A stretch of 64,000 bases of DNA from Eubacteriales bacterium. Lineage in GTDB: Bacteria > Bacillota > Clostridia > Oscillospirales > CAG-272. The notes under the pieces were generated by a model, which saw nothing but the letters and a program-made list of their open reading frames with translations, did no database searches and was not told where the DNA came from. Numbering within the stretch: position 1 is the first letter of the stretch; each line of letters starts with the position of its first letter. The stretch lies in assembly GCA_051867925.1 (NCBI GenBank), contig JBJDZI010000030.1, forward strand, positions 1,158 to 65,157, written 5' to 3'. Of the stretch, positions 43,530-53,276 are shown one piece after another. The position numbers and the translations under genes were made by a program.

Positions 43530-45456
43530 ATGGAGCCGCACAAGATTTTGAATCTCGCCGTTCTCGCTCACGTGGATGCGGGCAAAACTACCCTCACCGA
43601 GCAGTTTCTCTATCATAGCGGCTCTATCCGCCGCGCAGGGAGCGTGGACGATGGCTCTGCCCAGACCGACCGTGCGGATCAATCTGATCGACACGCCCGG
43701 TCACAGCGATTTTGCAGGAGAGGTGGAGCGGGCTCTGCTGGCTCCTGATGCGGCACTACTGATCGTCTCGGCGGTAGAGGGAGTGCAATCCCACACCGAG
43801 CGGCTGTGGAACGCTCTGCGAAAACTGCACATCCCCACCGTAATTTTCCTGAACAAAATCGACCGCGCAGGCAGTCGAACGAGGGACATCCTTGCCGAAC
43901 TGCCCGAGCGTCTATCCATGGGGGGCGTAACCCTTCTGCCGATGGTGGAGGCGATCCACGAGGGGCTGGACGGCTTTGCGATAGAGCCGCCCGCCGATCT
44001 TGTCGATCGGACGGTGGAAGCGGCGGCAGAACTTTCAGACGATATCGCACTCGCCTATCTGGAAGGGGAGCGCATCGATCCCGCTCTGCTGGAATCAACC
44101 CTTCGCCGTGGGGTTCGGGATCAAAAAATCGTTCCCGTCTACTGCGGCGCGGCGCAAAAAGGGCTGGGCGTTGCGGAGGTGCTGGGCGGATTGCTGCGCT
44201 TTCTGCCCCGCGCCTCCGAGCGAGTTACCGACGATCTGTCGGGGCTGGTATTTGCCATCGAGCATGACAAAACCATGGGCAAGATCGCCCATGTTCGTCT
44301 GTTCGGCGGAACGCTCGCCTCCCGCGATGGGCTGGCACTTGACGGCGGTGTGCTGAATCTGTCGGAGAACGGCGAGAAGATCTCCCAAATCCGCATGGCA
44401 GAAGGGGCGCGCTTTCGGGACAGCGGCATGGCAGGTGCAGGTGAGATCGCCGCGCTTTGCGGGCTGTCCACGGCAAAGGTCTATCAGACCATCGGCTCCT
44501 ATCGGCTTCCCGATCGGCTGAAACTGGCACTTCCCTATTTGCAGGTCAAGGCTACCCCCGAAACAGAAGAGCAGTTGCCCGCGCTGTTGAAGGCACTGAA
44601 CCAGCTCTCCGACGAAGACCCGCTCCTTGCCTGCCGTTTTTCCAAAGCGGAGCGCGAGATTTTGCTTTCCATCACAGGTAAGATTCAGCTGGAAGTGCTG
44701 ACCTCCCTGCTATGGGAACGGTATCGGCTTCGGGCAAACTTCTCCGCGCCCACCATCATTTACAAAGAAACGCCTACGAAGTCCGGTTACGGATTCGATG
44801 CCTATACTATGCCAAAGCCCTGCTGGGCGGTGGTGAAATTCCTCATCGAACCGCTTCCCAGGGGAAGCGGCGTGGTCTACAATAGTGGAAACGTGCCGAA
44901 CAACAAGCTGTTCTACCGCTACCAGTCCCACATCGAACAGTCGGTAAAGGCATCCCTCTCCCAAGGAATGCTGGGCTGGGAGGTTACCGATCTCAAGATC
45001 ACTCTGGCAGACGGCGAGCATCACACCATCCATACCCATCCGCTGGACTTTTTCGTCGCCACTCCCATGGCGCTGATGGACGGTCTGCGCAACACGGGAA
45101 CTACCCTGCTGGAGCCGATCCTTCGGGTCAAAATTCGCGCAGGCGAGGAGTTTTTGGGAAAGATTCTGGGCGACATTACCCGAATGCGCGGGGAATTCGA
45201 CAGTCCCGTGATTTCGGGCAGTGCCTTTACCTTGGAAGCCCTGATTCCCGCGGCAACCTCGCTGGAATATCCCCTCCGGCTGGCTTCTCTCACTCACGGA
45301 ACCGCGCTCTATTCCTCCGATCTGTCATACTACAAGCCCTGCCCCTTGGAACTGGGCGCGACGACGCCGAGACGCGGACCCAACCCTTTGGATCGCTCCA
45401 AGTGGATTCTCTATGCACGGGGCGCGATGACCGACGAAAACTATCAGTTGATGTAA
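43530..45456 (+). pseudogene. TetM/TetB(P)-like ribosomal-protection/EF-G-family GTPase, frameshifted
   Basis: [11 protein letters not shown]1 in the 43530 frame; DTPGH, NKIDR and LLEP in another frame from 43672; switch I segment missing at 43670-43672. Confidence 0.85.
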
Positions 45457-45534
45457 ACATTGCAAATACTATTCTTGGAAAGCAAAATGCAAGATCGCGG
45501 CTGGTCAATCTGCTTCGATCAACGGGAGATTCAT

Positions 45535-46494
45535 ATGGCAAATTCCAATTCATTTTTATTCAAAGAACTTGACGAGGCGGTACTGGCAGGGCTGATCCGT
45601 GACTATACAGGCTCCGACCTTGCACAGTACGCTCTGCAATCCGGCGGTCTGTTCAACACCACCTACAAGCTGACTCTGACCGACGGACGGAAGATGATCC
45701 TGCGGGTGGGACCCATCCATCCCGAACTGCTAATGTACTACGAAAAGGACATGATGGCGGCAGAAGCCTTTCTCTTTGGGGCATTTGAGGAGGCAGGAAT
45801 TCCCTGCTCCCACGTGGTTGCCGTGGGCAAGGTGGAGGAGCGGGATTTTATGCTGGTAGACTACATTGACTCTCTCCCTCTGTCCGCAGTATCTCTCTCA
45901 GAGGAAGATCACAAGCGGGTTATGACCGAGGTCACGGATGCCCTCTCCCGAATGCATCAGATGACCGGTCCTGCTTACGGACGGGTCTCTGAAGTCCTCT
46001 GCGGGCACGGACACCCCGACTGGTACAGTCATATCGAACACGAAGTCAAGACCATCACGGATCAGGGACGGGCGTGCGGCTCTTTCACCGCCGCCGAGTC
46101 GGAGCATATTCTCGCCGCCATCCGCCACTCCAGGGACGCGCTGTCCGAGATCGACCGACCAACCCTCTGCCACGGCGATCTGTGGGGCGGCAACATTCTG
46201 GTGAAAGAAGCCGAAGACGGCTGGCATCTTGCCGCCATCATCGACCTCGACCGTGCAGTCTGGGGCGATATCGACTTTGACCTACGCTGTATATGGTTCA
46301 TTTGCGAAGACAATTTCATCAAGCCCCGGAACAATCGGGCGCGCGCCATCCGAAGTGCCGTTTATGCAATGCTTTACTTCATCTACGAGGCGCACGTCTG
46401 GTATCTGCAATACAACAACAAAACTCACGCCGACAACACCCGTAGAATCGTTTTGCAAAAAGCCACCGAGATTTTGCGGGATGAAATCCAGTAA
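45535..46494 (+). CDS. Aminoglycoside phosphotransferase / choline kinase-like protein
   Basis: GGLFNTTY, ILRVGP, HGDLWGGNIL, IIDLD; substrate unknown. Confidence 0.8.
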   Translation: MANSNSFLFKELDEAVLAGLIRDYTGSDLAQYALQSGGLFNTTYKLTLTDGRKMILRVGPIHPELLMYYEKDMMAAEAFLFGAFEEAGIPCSHVVAVGKVEERDFMLVDYIDSLPLSAVSLSEEDHKRVMTEVTDALSRMHQMTGPAYGRVSEVLCGHGHPDWYSHIEHEVKTITDQGRACGSFTAAESEHILAAIRHSRDALSEIDRPTLCHGDLWGGNILVKEAEDGWHLAAIIDLDRAVWGDIDFDLRCIWFICEDNFIKPRNNRARAIRSAVYAMLYFIYEAHVWYLQYNNKTHADNTRRIVLQKATEILRDEIQ

Positions 46495-46512
46495 ACGAAA
46501 GGAATCAATCCT

Positions 46513-46818
46513 ATGATCAGACATGTTGTCATGTTCAAATTCAAAGAAGAAGCCGAGGGGCGCACCAAGGCGGAAAACCTTGCCATCACCAAGCAGATGC
46601 TGGAGGCACTCCCTGCAAAGATCAACCGGATCCGCGCATCTGCCGTCCATCTCAACTCTCCCGATGCGGATCAGACCAACTACGATCTCTGCCTGATCTG
46701 CGATTTTGACACATGGGAGGATCTTGCCGCCTATATCGTTCACCCCGATCACAAGGCTGTGGGAGTTTTTATGCGCCCGGTGAGACTTGATCGCGCTTGC
46801 GTGGACTACGAAATCTGA
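46513..46818 (+). CDS. Dabb-family stress-responsive A/B barrel protein
   Basis: MIRHVVMFKF, YIVHPDH, CVDYE. Confidence 0.9.
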   Translation: MIRHVVMFKFKEEAEGRTKAENLAITKQMLEALPAKINRIRASAVHLNSPDADQTNYDLCLICDFDTWEDLAAYIVHPDHKAVGVFMRPVRLDRACVDYEI

Positions 46819-47032
46819 TCCCGCGCCGAAACCGCGAAAGATGCAGGGGCTTCGCGCCTATATCCTGCTGACAAAGGTAATCGCACTGTCGTTTTCACCA
46901 ATACACCAAGTACATTCATGCACTTCATGCATTGACCTTTCTTCAAAAGGCGGCGCGGATGGGCGCAGGCTGAGGACTTCGCCCATATGTGATTTATTAA
47001 AAATATTTGATATAAACGAAGGAGAAATCACT

Positions 47033-48169
47033 ATGCAGTACAGAAAAATGGGGAAACTGGGGATTGATGTATCCGCATTCGGTATCGGATGTATGCGTTT
47101 CCCGATGAAAGAAGATGCCGACGGCAAGCGCGTCGTTGATCAGGAGCTTGCCAACAAGATCATTCATACCGCCATCGAGAACGGCGTAAACTACATTGAT
47201 ACCGCTTACGTTTATTCCGAGAAACAGGCGGAAAAGGTGCTTGGCAAGGCACTGGCAGGCGGCTGGCGTGAAAAGGTCTACGTTGCCACCAAGCTCCCCA
47301 TCTGGGATTGCCACACTCCCGAGGATCTGCCCCGCCTTTACGAGGAACAGCGCACCAATCTGGGAGTCGATTGCATCGACTTCTATCTGGTTCACGCCCT
47401 CAACCGCGATGCTTGGCACAAGATGCGCGATCTGGGCGTGCGGGAGTTTCTCACCGATCTGAAGGCACAGGGCAAGATCAAATACGCTTGCTTCTCCTTC
47501 CACGATAACTATGATGCGTTCGAGGAGATTCTCAACGATTACGACTGGGATATGTGCCAGATCCAGTTCAATTACATGGACGTGAACAATCAGGCGACCA
47601 TCAAGGGCGTTGAACTGGCAGGACAGAAGAACATCCCCATCGTGATCATGGAAGGTCTGCTGGGCGGCAGACTGGCAAGCGTGCCCGACACCGTGCAGGC
47701 GGTGTTTGACAGCTATCCCGAACAGCGTTCCGCTGTGGAATGGGCGTTCCGTTGGCTCTGCAATTTCCCGCAGGTGGCGACCGTTCTGTCAGGTGTGACC
47801 AATATGGAGCAGACCATGGACAATCTCGCCATCTTCGACCGTACCGGCGTAGGCATCATGTCCGACGAGGAGCTTGCCATCGTGGATCGGGCGCGGGAAG
47901 AATATCTGCGCCGCACCAAGGTGGGTTGCACCGGTTGCCGTTACTGTATGCCCTGCCCCTGCAATGTGGATATCCCCGCCATCTTCAGTACTTGGAACGA
48001 AGCGTTCAAGTACAACACCGACATTTCGAAAAATGGTCGCTACCGCCGTATGGTCAGCGAAGGCAAGGGAGCCGATCAGTGCGTGGAATGCGGTGCTTGC
48101 ATGGAAAAATGTCCCCAGAGCCTGCACATTCCCGAACTGCTGAAAGTCGCTTCCGCTGAACTGAACTAA
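47033..48169 (+). CDS. Aldo/keto reductase with C-terminal 4Fe-4S dicluster domain
   Basis: GIGCMRFP, NYIDTAYVY, ATKLP, CTGCRYCMPCP, CVECGACMEKCP. Confidence 0.9.
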   Translation: MQYRKMGKLGIDVSAFGIGCMRFPMKEDADGKRVVDQELANKIIHTAIENGVNYIDTAYVYSEKQAEKVLGKALAGGWREKVYVATKLPIWDCHTPEDLPRLYEEQRTNLGVDCIDFYLVHALNRDAWHKMRDLGVREFLTDLKAQGKIKYACFSFHDNYDAFEEILNDYDWDMCQIQFNYMDVNNQATIKGVELAGQKNIPIVIMEGLLGGRLASVPDTVQAVFDSYPEQRSAVEWAFRWLCNFPQVATVLSGVTNMEQTMDNLAIFDRTGVGIMSDEELAIVDRAREEYLRRTKVGCTGCRYCMPCPCNVDIPAIFSTWNEAFKYNTDISKNGRYRRMVSEGKGADQCVECGACMEKCPQSLHIPELLKVASAELN

Positions 48170-48789
48170 TGAAAACACACTATCAAGCCGATCTGGATGC
48201 GCTCCTTCCAACGCTTGAGGGGAAGCCGCGGCTCCTGCTCCACTCCTGTTGCGGTCCCTGCTCCACTTATGTGCTGGAATATCTGTCACAGTATTTTAAC
48301 ATCACGCTCTTCTACTACAATCCCAACATCTATCCCAATGAGGAGTATCAGCACCGACTGGAAACCCAAAAAGAAGTGTTGGAGCGCACGGGTTGGGCAA
48401 GGCTGGAAGAAGGTTCGTATCTCCATGCCGACTTCCTTTCTGCGGTTCGTGGCTATGAGTCCGAGCCGGAGGGAGGTGCTCGGTGCGAGTTCTGCTTACG
48501 CCTTCGAATGGAAAAGGCGGCAAAGCTGGCGCAGAAGGGCGGCTACGATTATTTTGCCACAACGCTGTCTGTATCCCCGCATAAAGATGCGGCTTTGCTG
48601 GGCAGGATCGGCGAAGAATTGGAAGCGCGCTACGGTGTAAAGCACCTTCCCTCTGATTTCAAGAAGCGGGAGGGCTACAAGCGTTCGGTGGCACTTTCCA
48701 ATGCGTTCGGACTGTACAGACAAGACTACTGCGGATGCGAGTTTTCGCTCCGCGACTCCAAAAATCCAAATCAAAAGGAATTTCCATGA
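48169..48789 (+). CDS. queH: Epoxyqueuosine reductase QueH
   Basis: LLLHSCCGPCS, YNPNIYP, RCEFC, SVSPHK, YRQDYCGCEFS. Confidence 0.92.
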   Translation: MKTHYQADLDALLPTLEGKPRLLLHSCCGPCSTYVLEYLSQYFNITLFYYNPNIYPNEEYQHRLETQKEVLERTGWARLEEGSYLHADFLSAVRGYESEPEGGARCEFCLRLRMEKAAKLAQKGGYDYFATTLSVSPHKDAALLGRIGEELEARYGVKHLPSDFKKREGYKRSVALSNAFGLYRQDYCGCEFSLRDSKNPNQKEFP

Positions 48790-49823
48790 AACACATCAAA
48801 GCAGGTTATGTATATCACTACGAACTGAAGAATTTTACCGCCGAGGACGCAAACCGTCTGGACGTGATCAACATCGCTTTCGGACTGGTCAAGGACGGCG
48901 CGGTCTGCTTTCCTCATCCCGATGCGCTCTGCGAGCTTCCCCGCATTCGGGAGGCGAATTCCGCTCTGCGGATCGTCATTTCGGTAGGCGGATGGGGTGC
49001 GGGCGGATTCTCTCCCGCCGCCGCTACGAAGGAGGGACGGATGAAATTCGCCGACTCCTGTCTGGCTCTTGCCGAGGAGTGGAAGCTGGACGGCATCGAC
49101 ATCGATTGGGAGTATCCCGGTCTGGACTGGGCAGGGATCGAAGCATCCCCCGATGATAAGGCGAACTACACCGCTCTCTTGCAGGCGGTGCGCGACGCCT
49201 TCGACCGCGCAGGTCACACCGATTGGATGCTTACCGTTGCGGTTGGCTGTGACCGCTATTTCATTGAGCACACCGAGATGGACAAGGTCGCGGGGATCCT
49301 CGATTACGTTTCGCTGATGACCTACGATATGCGGGGTTGCGGCGAACCCTTTACCGGACATCACACCAATCTCCTGCCCTACACCGACTGCGATCAAAAT
49401 CCCCGGGGGCAGCGGTCTGTTCTGCACACCGTCCGGATCTTTGAGGAAGCGGGCGTTCCCCGCCAGAAGCTGGTGATCGGCATCGCCTTCTACTCCCGTA
49501 TGTGGAAGGATGTAGAAGAGGCGGGTTCCGGACACGGTCTGCGCGCCAAGGCGGGACCCGGAGATTACGGTCCCGGCTACAGCGACATTCTGCGCGACTA
49601 CATGGGAAAAGGCAAGTTCGTGGAATACTGGGATGACGATTGCAAAGCTCCCTACCTCAGCGACGGCAAAACCTTTCTTTCCTACGATAACGTGCGCTCC
49701 ATCGGCGAAAAGTGCAGATTCGTGAAGGAAAACGGTCTGCTGGGTCTGATGTATTGGGAGCATTCCTGCGACGCTACCAGAACGCTCCTCAAGGCGCTGG
49801 ATGACGGTATGAAGGAAGAATAA
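48786..49823 (+). CDS. GH18 chitinase-like hydrolase, no signal peptide
   Basis: SVGGW, DGIDIDWEYP (DxDxE), LMTYD, SYDN, GLMYWE. Confidence 0.9.
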   Translation: MKHIKAGYVYHYELKNFTAEDANRLDVINIAFGLVKDGAVCFPHPDALCELPRIREANSALRIVISVGGWGAGGFSPAAATKEGRMKFADSCLALAEEWKLDGIDIDWEYPGLDWAGIEASPDDKANYTALLQAVRDAFDRAGHTDWMLTVAVGCDRYFIEHTEMDKVAGILDYVSLMTYDMRGCGEPFTGHHTNLLPYTDCDQNPRGQRSVLHTVRIFEEAGVPRQKLVIGIAFYSRMWKDVEEAGSGHGLRAKAGPGDYGPGYSDILRDYMGKGKFVEYWDDDCKAPYLSDGKTFLSYDNVRSIGEKCRFVKENGLLGLMYWEHSCDATRTLLKALDDGMKEE

Positions 49824-49830
49824 AATTAAT

Positions 49831-50088
49831 GGGGCTCTGCCCCAACCCCCGGCAGGAACCTTCTTGAAAGAAGGTTCCTCAGTCTGTCGATAAACTATAA
49901 ATTTAGAGTGTCGCCAGCCAAGGAATGGGTTGGAGGTCTGGAGGAAGGGGAAAAACTTCGGCGTATGAGATGGTTTTCCCCTTCCTCCAGTATTCTCGTT
50001 AACTTTTTCGACACTCTGAGGAACCTTCTCGAAAAAAGTTCCTGCACCTCCAAGAACTTCTGTAAAGGGCGGCAAATGCTTGCCGTCC
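49831..50088 (+). repeat. REP-like multi-hairpin repeat interrupted by a MITE
   Basis: GGGGC/GCCCC, GGAACCTT/AAGGTTCC, CCTCCAAGAACTT and GGGCGGCAA/TTGCCG modules. Confidence 0.8.
49880..50018. mobile_element. MITE-like element flanked by a duplicated ~26-bp hairpin
   Basis: Ends CAGTCTGTCGATAAA...TTTTTCGACACTCTG; imperfect direct repeats 49854-49879 and 50019-50043; interior matches 43247-43409 in reverse. Confidence 0.8.
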
Positions 50089-50097
50089 TGCTTTATC

Positions 50098-50141
50098 AAA
50101 AAACTGCCGCAGATGATCTTCTCACTTGCGGCAGTCCTTTT
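50098..50141. terminator. Bidirectional terminator
   Basis: ACTGCCGCA...TGCGGCAGT stem with A and T runs between convergent genes. Confidence 0.7.
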
Positions 50142-50152
50142 CTATACAATGC

Positions 50153-51196
50153 TTATCCGATATACCCGATCAGCACCTTCAGCGTGTTCAGCACGCCGTC
50201 GCGGTGGGAGCGCTCGTAGCCGTGGGAGGCGTACACGCCCGCACCGATGAGTCCGTGTCTGATGTCCCAGCCGGCGCGAAGGGTGGCTTCCACGTCAGAG
50301 CCGTAGTAGGGGTAGATATCCACCGCAAAGTCGGCTTCCATCTTCTCTGCCGCACTGATGAGTCCGCTGACCACTTCGTAGTTGTAAGGGCCCCCGCTGT
50401 CCTTTGCGCAGATGGAGACCTGCCGCTCGGTGCAGGAGAGCGATCCACCCACACAACCCATATCCACCGACAGACCTTCGGTAACGCCTGCGGGTACCGA
50501 AGCCGAGCCGCCGTGTCCGATCTCCTCGTAAACGGTAATATGACCGTATACGCGGCGGTCGGGAGCAATGCCCTCGTCCTTCAGATACTTGGCGTAGCCC
50601 AACAGGATGGCAACCGAGAGTTTATCGTCCAAAAAGCGGCTCTTGATATAGCCCGAATCGGTGATCTTCAGTCGAGGCTCCACACAAACGATATCGCCTA
50701 CGCGGATGCCCAATTTAGCGACATCCGATGCCGAGTTCACGTCCTCATCCAGAACGACCTCCACGGAATCAAAGGTACGGGAAGTGGAGTTGTAACTGCC
50801 GTTGACATGAACCGATGCGTTGGCAAGCTGAACGGTTCCCTCCACGATTTTCCCGCTGCGGGTGACGATGCGAACATCCTCGGTTTCGATGTTGTTGGCG
50901 GATAGTCCGCCCAGGGGAGTCATCTTCAGTCTGCCGTTGCCCTTGACCTCGGAAACCATTGCGCCCAGGGTATCAAGATGCGTTTCCACCAAAATGCCGT
51001 TTTCGGGTTTGCCGCCCAGATCGACGATCACACCGCCCTTGACGGTGCGGGTGGGCGCATAGCCGAGGCGAGTCAGTTCTTCCACCACGGTAGCCGCCGC
51101 CCGTTCGGTATAGCCTGTGGGCGAGTCGACCGCGATAATGGCGCGCAGTTGATCGAGTATGTAATCAACATAAGTATTCAGTTTGGTATTGTCCAT
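50153..51196 (-). CDS. M42-family aminopeptidase
   Basis: SPTGY, HLDTLG, SRFLDDK, EEIG, VDMG, ASHGYER. Confidence 0.9.
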   Translation of the reverse strand: MDNTKLNTYVDYILDQLRAIIAVDSPTGYTERAAATVVEELTRLGYAPTRTVKGGVIVDLGGKPENGILVETHLDTLGAMVSEVKGNGRLKMTPLGGLSANNIETEDVRIVTRSGKIVEGTVQLANASVHVNGSYNSTSRTFDSVEVVLDEDVNSASDVAKLGIRVGDIVCVEPRLKITDSGYIKSRFLDDKLSVAILLGYAKYLKDEGIAPDRRVYGHITVYEEIGHGGSASVPAGVTEGLSVDMGCVGGSLSCTERQVSICAKDSGGPYNYEVVSGLISAAEKMEADFAVDIYPYYGSDVEATLRAGWDIRHGLIGAGVYASHGYERSHRDGVLNTLKVLIGYIG

Positions 51197-51437
51197 TTTG
51201 TTCTCCTTGAGGGTGTTTTTTTCATTGTAGCACAGTTCTCGGGAAAATGCAAGTGATTTTGCAAGGTTGCGCAGTTTATTCTCTCGGTTGCCTGCAATTT
51301 GTGAGTTGGCGTATGCGGCGCTCTGACTCTCTTTCGGAGCTGTACTTTATTTGTGCAAAGATCCCGTTGCCCCTTGCCTTTTTGCATTTTTTGTGATATA
51401 ATCGTAGATACTACAAAGAAAAAAGGAATTTTATAGT

Positions 51438-52376
51438 ATGGTTAATCCGCTGATCCTCTTTCAAAGCGTACTGCTCCTCTTTTTGATGATGATTCCAGGC
51501 TTTTTGCTCCGCAAATCCAAAATTGCAGGAGACAGTCTGCCGAAAGATCTGTCCAATCTGATCCTATACGTTGCACAACCCGCTATGATCATTGATGCTT
51601 TCGTCCGCGACTTCGACAAAGAGGTGGCGTTCAATGCGGCAGGTGTGCTGGTCTTCTCTTTCGTGGCACACGCGCTCTTCTATCTGATCGCTAAATTTTT
51701 GTTCCGCTCCGCGCCCCACGGCATCGCCAAGATCTACCGCTTCGGTGTGATCTTCTCTAATGCAGGCTACATGGGCATCCCTCTCATCAAGGCGATTTTT
51801 GACGATTCTGCCGCCATTTACGCCTCGGTTTATATCATCGCCTTCAATTTCTTTACCTGGTCGCTGGGTTGTCTGATTTACAGCGAAGACAAATCCTACA
51901 TTTCTCCGCGGAAAATGTTCGTCAATCCTGCCACCATCCCGATTTATATCGGCATTCTGATCTTCCTGCTCCCCATCAATCAGTATATCCCCACCGTGGT
52001 CTGCGACGCGTTGAGCAAATTCAGCGGCGTGGTTGCGCCCCTCTCGATGATGCTCATCGGTATGCTGCTGGCTGATGTGAAACTGAAGGGTGCCTTCTCC
52101 GATCGCTGGCTTTGGGAAGCACTGGCAGTTCGTCTGTTGGTCTTCCCCGCGCTGATCTGGGGTGTCGTGCGTCTGTTCTCGCTGACAGGCTTGTATCACA
52201 GCGACATTGCAACGGCGGTCACGCTGATCTGCGCCGCTACCCCCTCTGCAGCGGCTACGGGAATGTTTGCTACCAAATTCGGATGCGATACCCAAACTGC
52301 CAGCAAATTCGTTTCGGTCAGCACCATCTTCTCCGTTCTGACTATGCCCGTGATTGCATTGCTTTTGAAAATCTAA
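51438..52376 (+). CDS. AEC (auxin efflux carrier) family transporter
   Basis: About 10 TM helices, FSNAGYMGIP, PLSMMLIG, ATPSA, ST.FS..TMP. Confidence 0.9.
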   Translation: MVNPLILFQSVLLLFLMMIPGFLLRKSKIAGDSLPKDLSNLILYVAQPAMIIDAFVRDFDKEVAFNAAGVLVFSFVAHALFYLIAKFLFRSAPHGIAKIYRFGVIFSNAGYMGIPLIKAIFDDSAAIYASVYIIAFNFFTWSLGCLIYSEDKSYISPRKMFVNPATIPIYIGILIFLLPINQYIPTVVCDALSKFSGVVAPLSMMLIGMLLADVKLKGAFSDRWLWEALAVRLLVFPALIWGVVRLFSLTGLYHSDIATAVTLICAATPSAAATGMFATKFGCDTQTASKFVSVSTIFSVLTMPVIALLLKI

Positions 52377-52412
52377 CCGTTTTACCGAGGATCCGACCGT
52401 TTGGAGGTTATT

Positions 52413-53276
52413 ATGAAAAGATTTCTTCTTCTTTTCTTTGCCCTATTGGTACTGCTGACTGCCGCGCCTCTTCCTTCCTTTGCCGCCGAAGACACCGTTT
52501 TTGTGGAGACAGGTGCCACTTGGGCGTATTTTGTGACCGACGATCAGGGATTTGACACCATCGACTCAGATTGGAATACCCTCGACTTTGCAGAGGCTTG
52601 GGCTGTGGGCAGTGCGCCCTTCGGCGATCGGATTCAGCCCGGGCAAGCACAGCAATACGGCTGGACAGGCGATATGGATGCGATCTTTTTGCGTACTACC
52701 TTCAAACTCCGCTCGGCTACCGTACTGTCCGGTCTGCATTTCTACCTTCGCGCATATTACGATAACTCGGTTCACGTCTATCTCAACGGAACCGAGATCT
52801 TTGCGCACGATAACGGAGGTAGCAGCGACTGGACAGACGGTTACGTCCTCGTCGAGCTGGACGGCATTCCCGATCTGCTCCGCAAAGGTTCCAATCTGCT
52901 GGCGGTCAGCGTGCACGACAACGCCGGTGGGCGAGAATTTGATCTCTCCTTTTTCGCCACTGTGAATCCCATTGATGAGTCCTCTATCCCCTCTGAGCCG
53001 AATGAGCCGAACGTGACCGACAAGCCCATCGAGTCTATGAGCCCGGAAGATTTCGGCAGTTCGATCCCCTTCGTCCAAGCGACCGAGCAAACCGTGCCAC
53101 CCCTCGTGACGGTCTATGTGACCTCCGATCCCGCGGCAGCGGCGACCGTGACTGCTCCGCCGTCCTATGCCGTATCCATCGCTCTGGTGGGATGCGCGGC
53201 GGGGATCGCAATCTTGCTGGTTGTGGTAGCCTATCTGATCAGCCGCAGATCCGAAAGGTCGGGTGAGGGCAAATGA
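52413..53276 (+). CDS. Secreted protein with galactose-binding-like domain, S/T/P-rich stalk and C-terminal TM anchor
   Basis: Signal peptide; GATWAY..W..GSAPFG, YDNSVHVYLNG, GSNLLAVSVH; C-terminal hydrophobic helix plus basic tail. Confidence 0.6.
   Translation: MKRFLLLFFALLVLLTAAPLPSFAAEDTVFVETGATWAYFVTDDQGFDTIDSDWNTLDFAEAWAVGSAPFGDRIQPGQAQQYGWTGDMDAIFLRTTFKLRSATVLSGLHFYLRAYYDNSVHVYLNGTEIFAHDNGGSSDWTDGYVLVELDGIPDLLRKGSNLLAVSVHDNAGGREFDLSFFATVNPIDESSIPSEPNEPNVTDKPIESMSPEDFGSSIPFVQATEQTVPPLVTVYVTSDPAAAATVTAPPSYAVSIALVGCAAGIAILLVVVAYLISRRSERSGEGK

Noticed and set aside
43576..43671. N-terminus of the 626-aa ORF as a real start
   Set aside because: Out of frame with the true G1 motif that begins at 43530; a product of the frameshift.
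45535..46494. Resistance island (tet-like gene plus APH-fold gene)
   Set aside because: APH-fold motifs do not show aminoglycoside specificity, the tet-like gene is broken, and there is no integrase or compositional shift.
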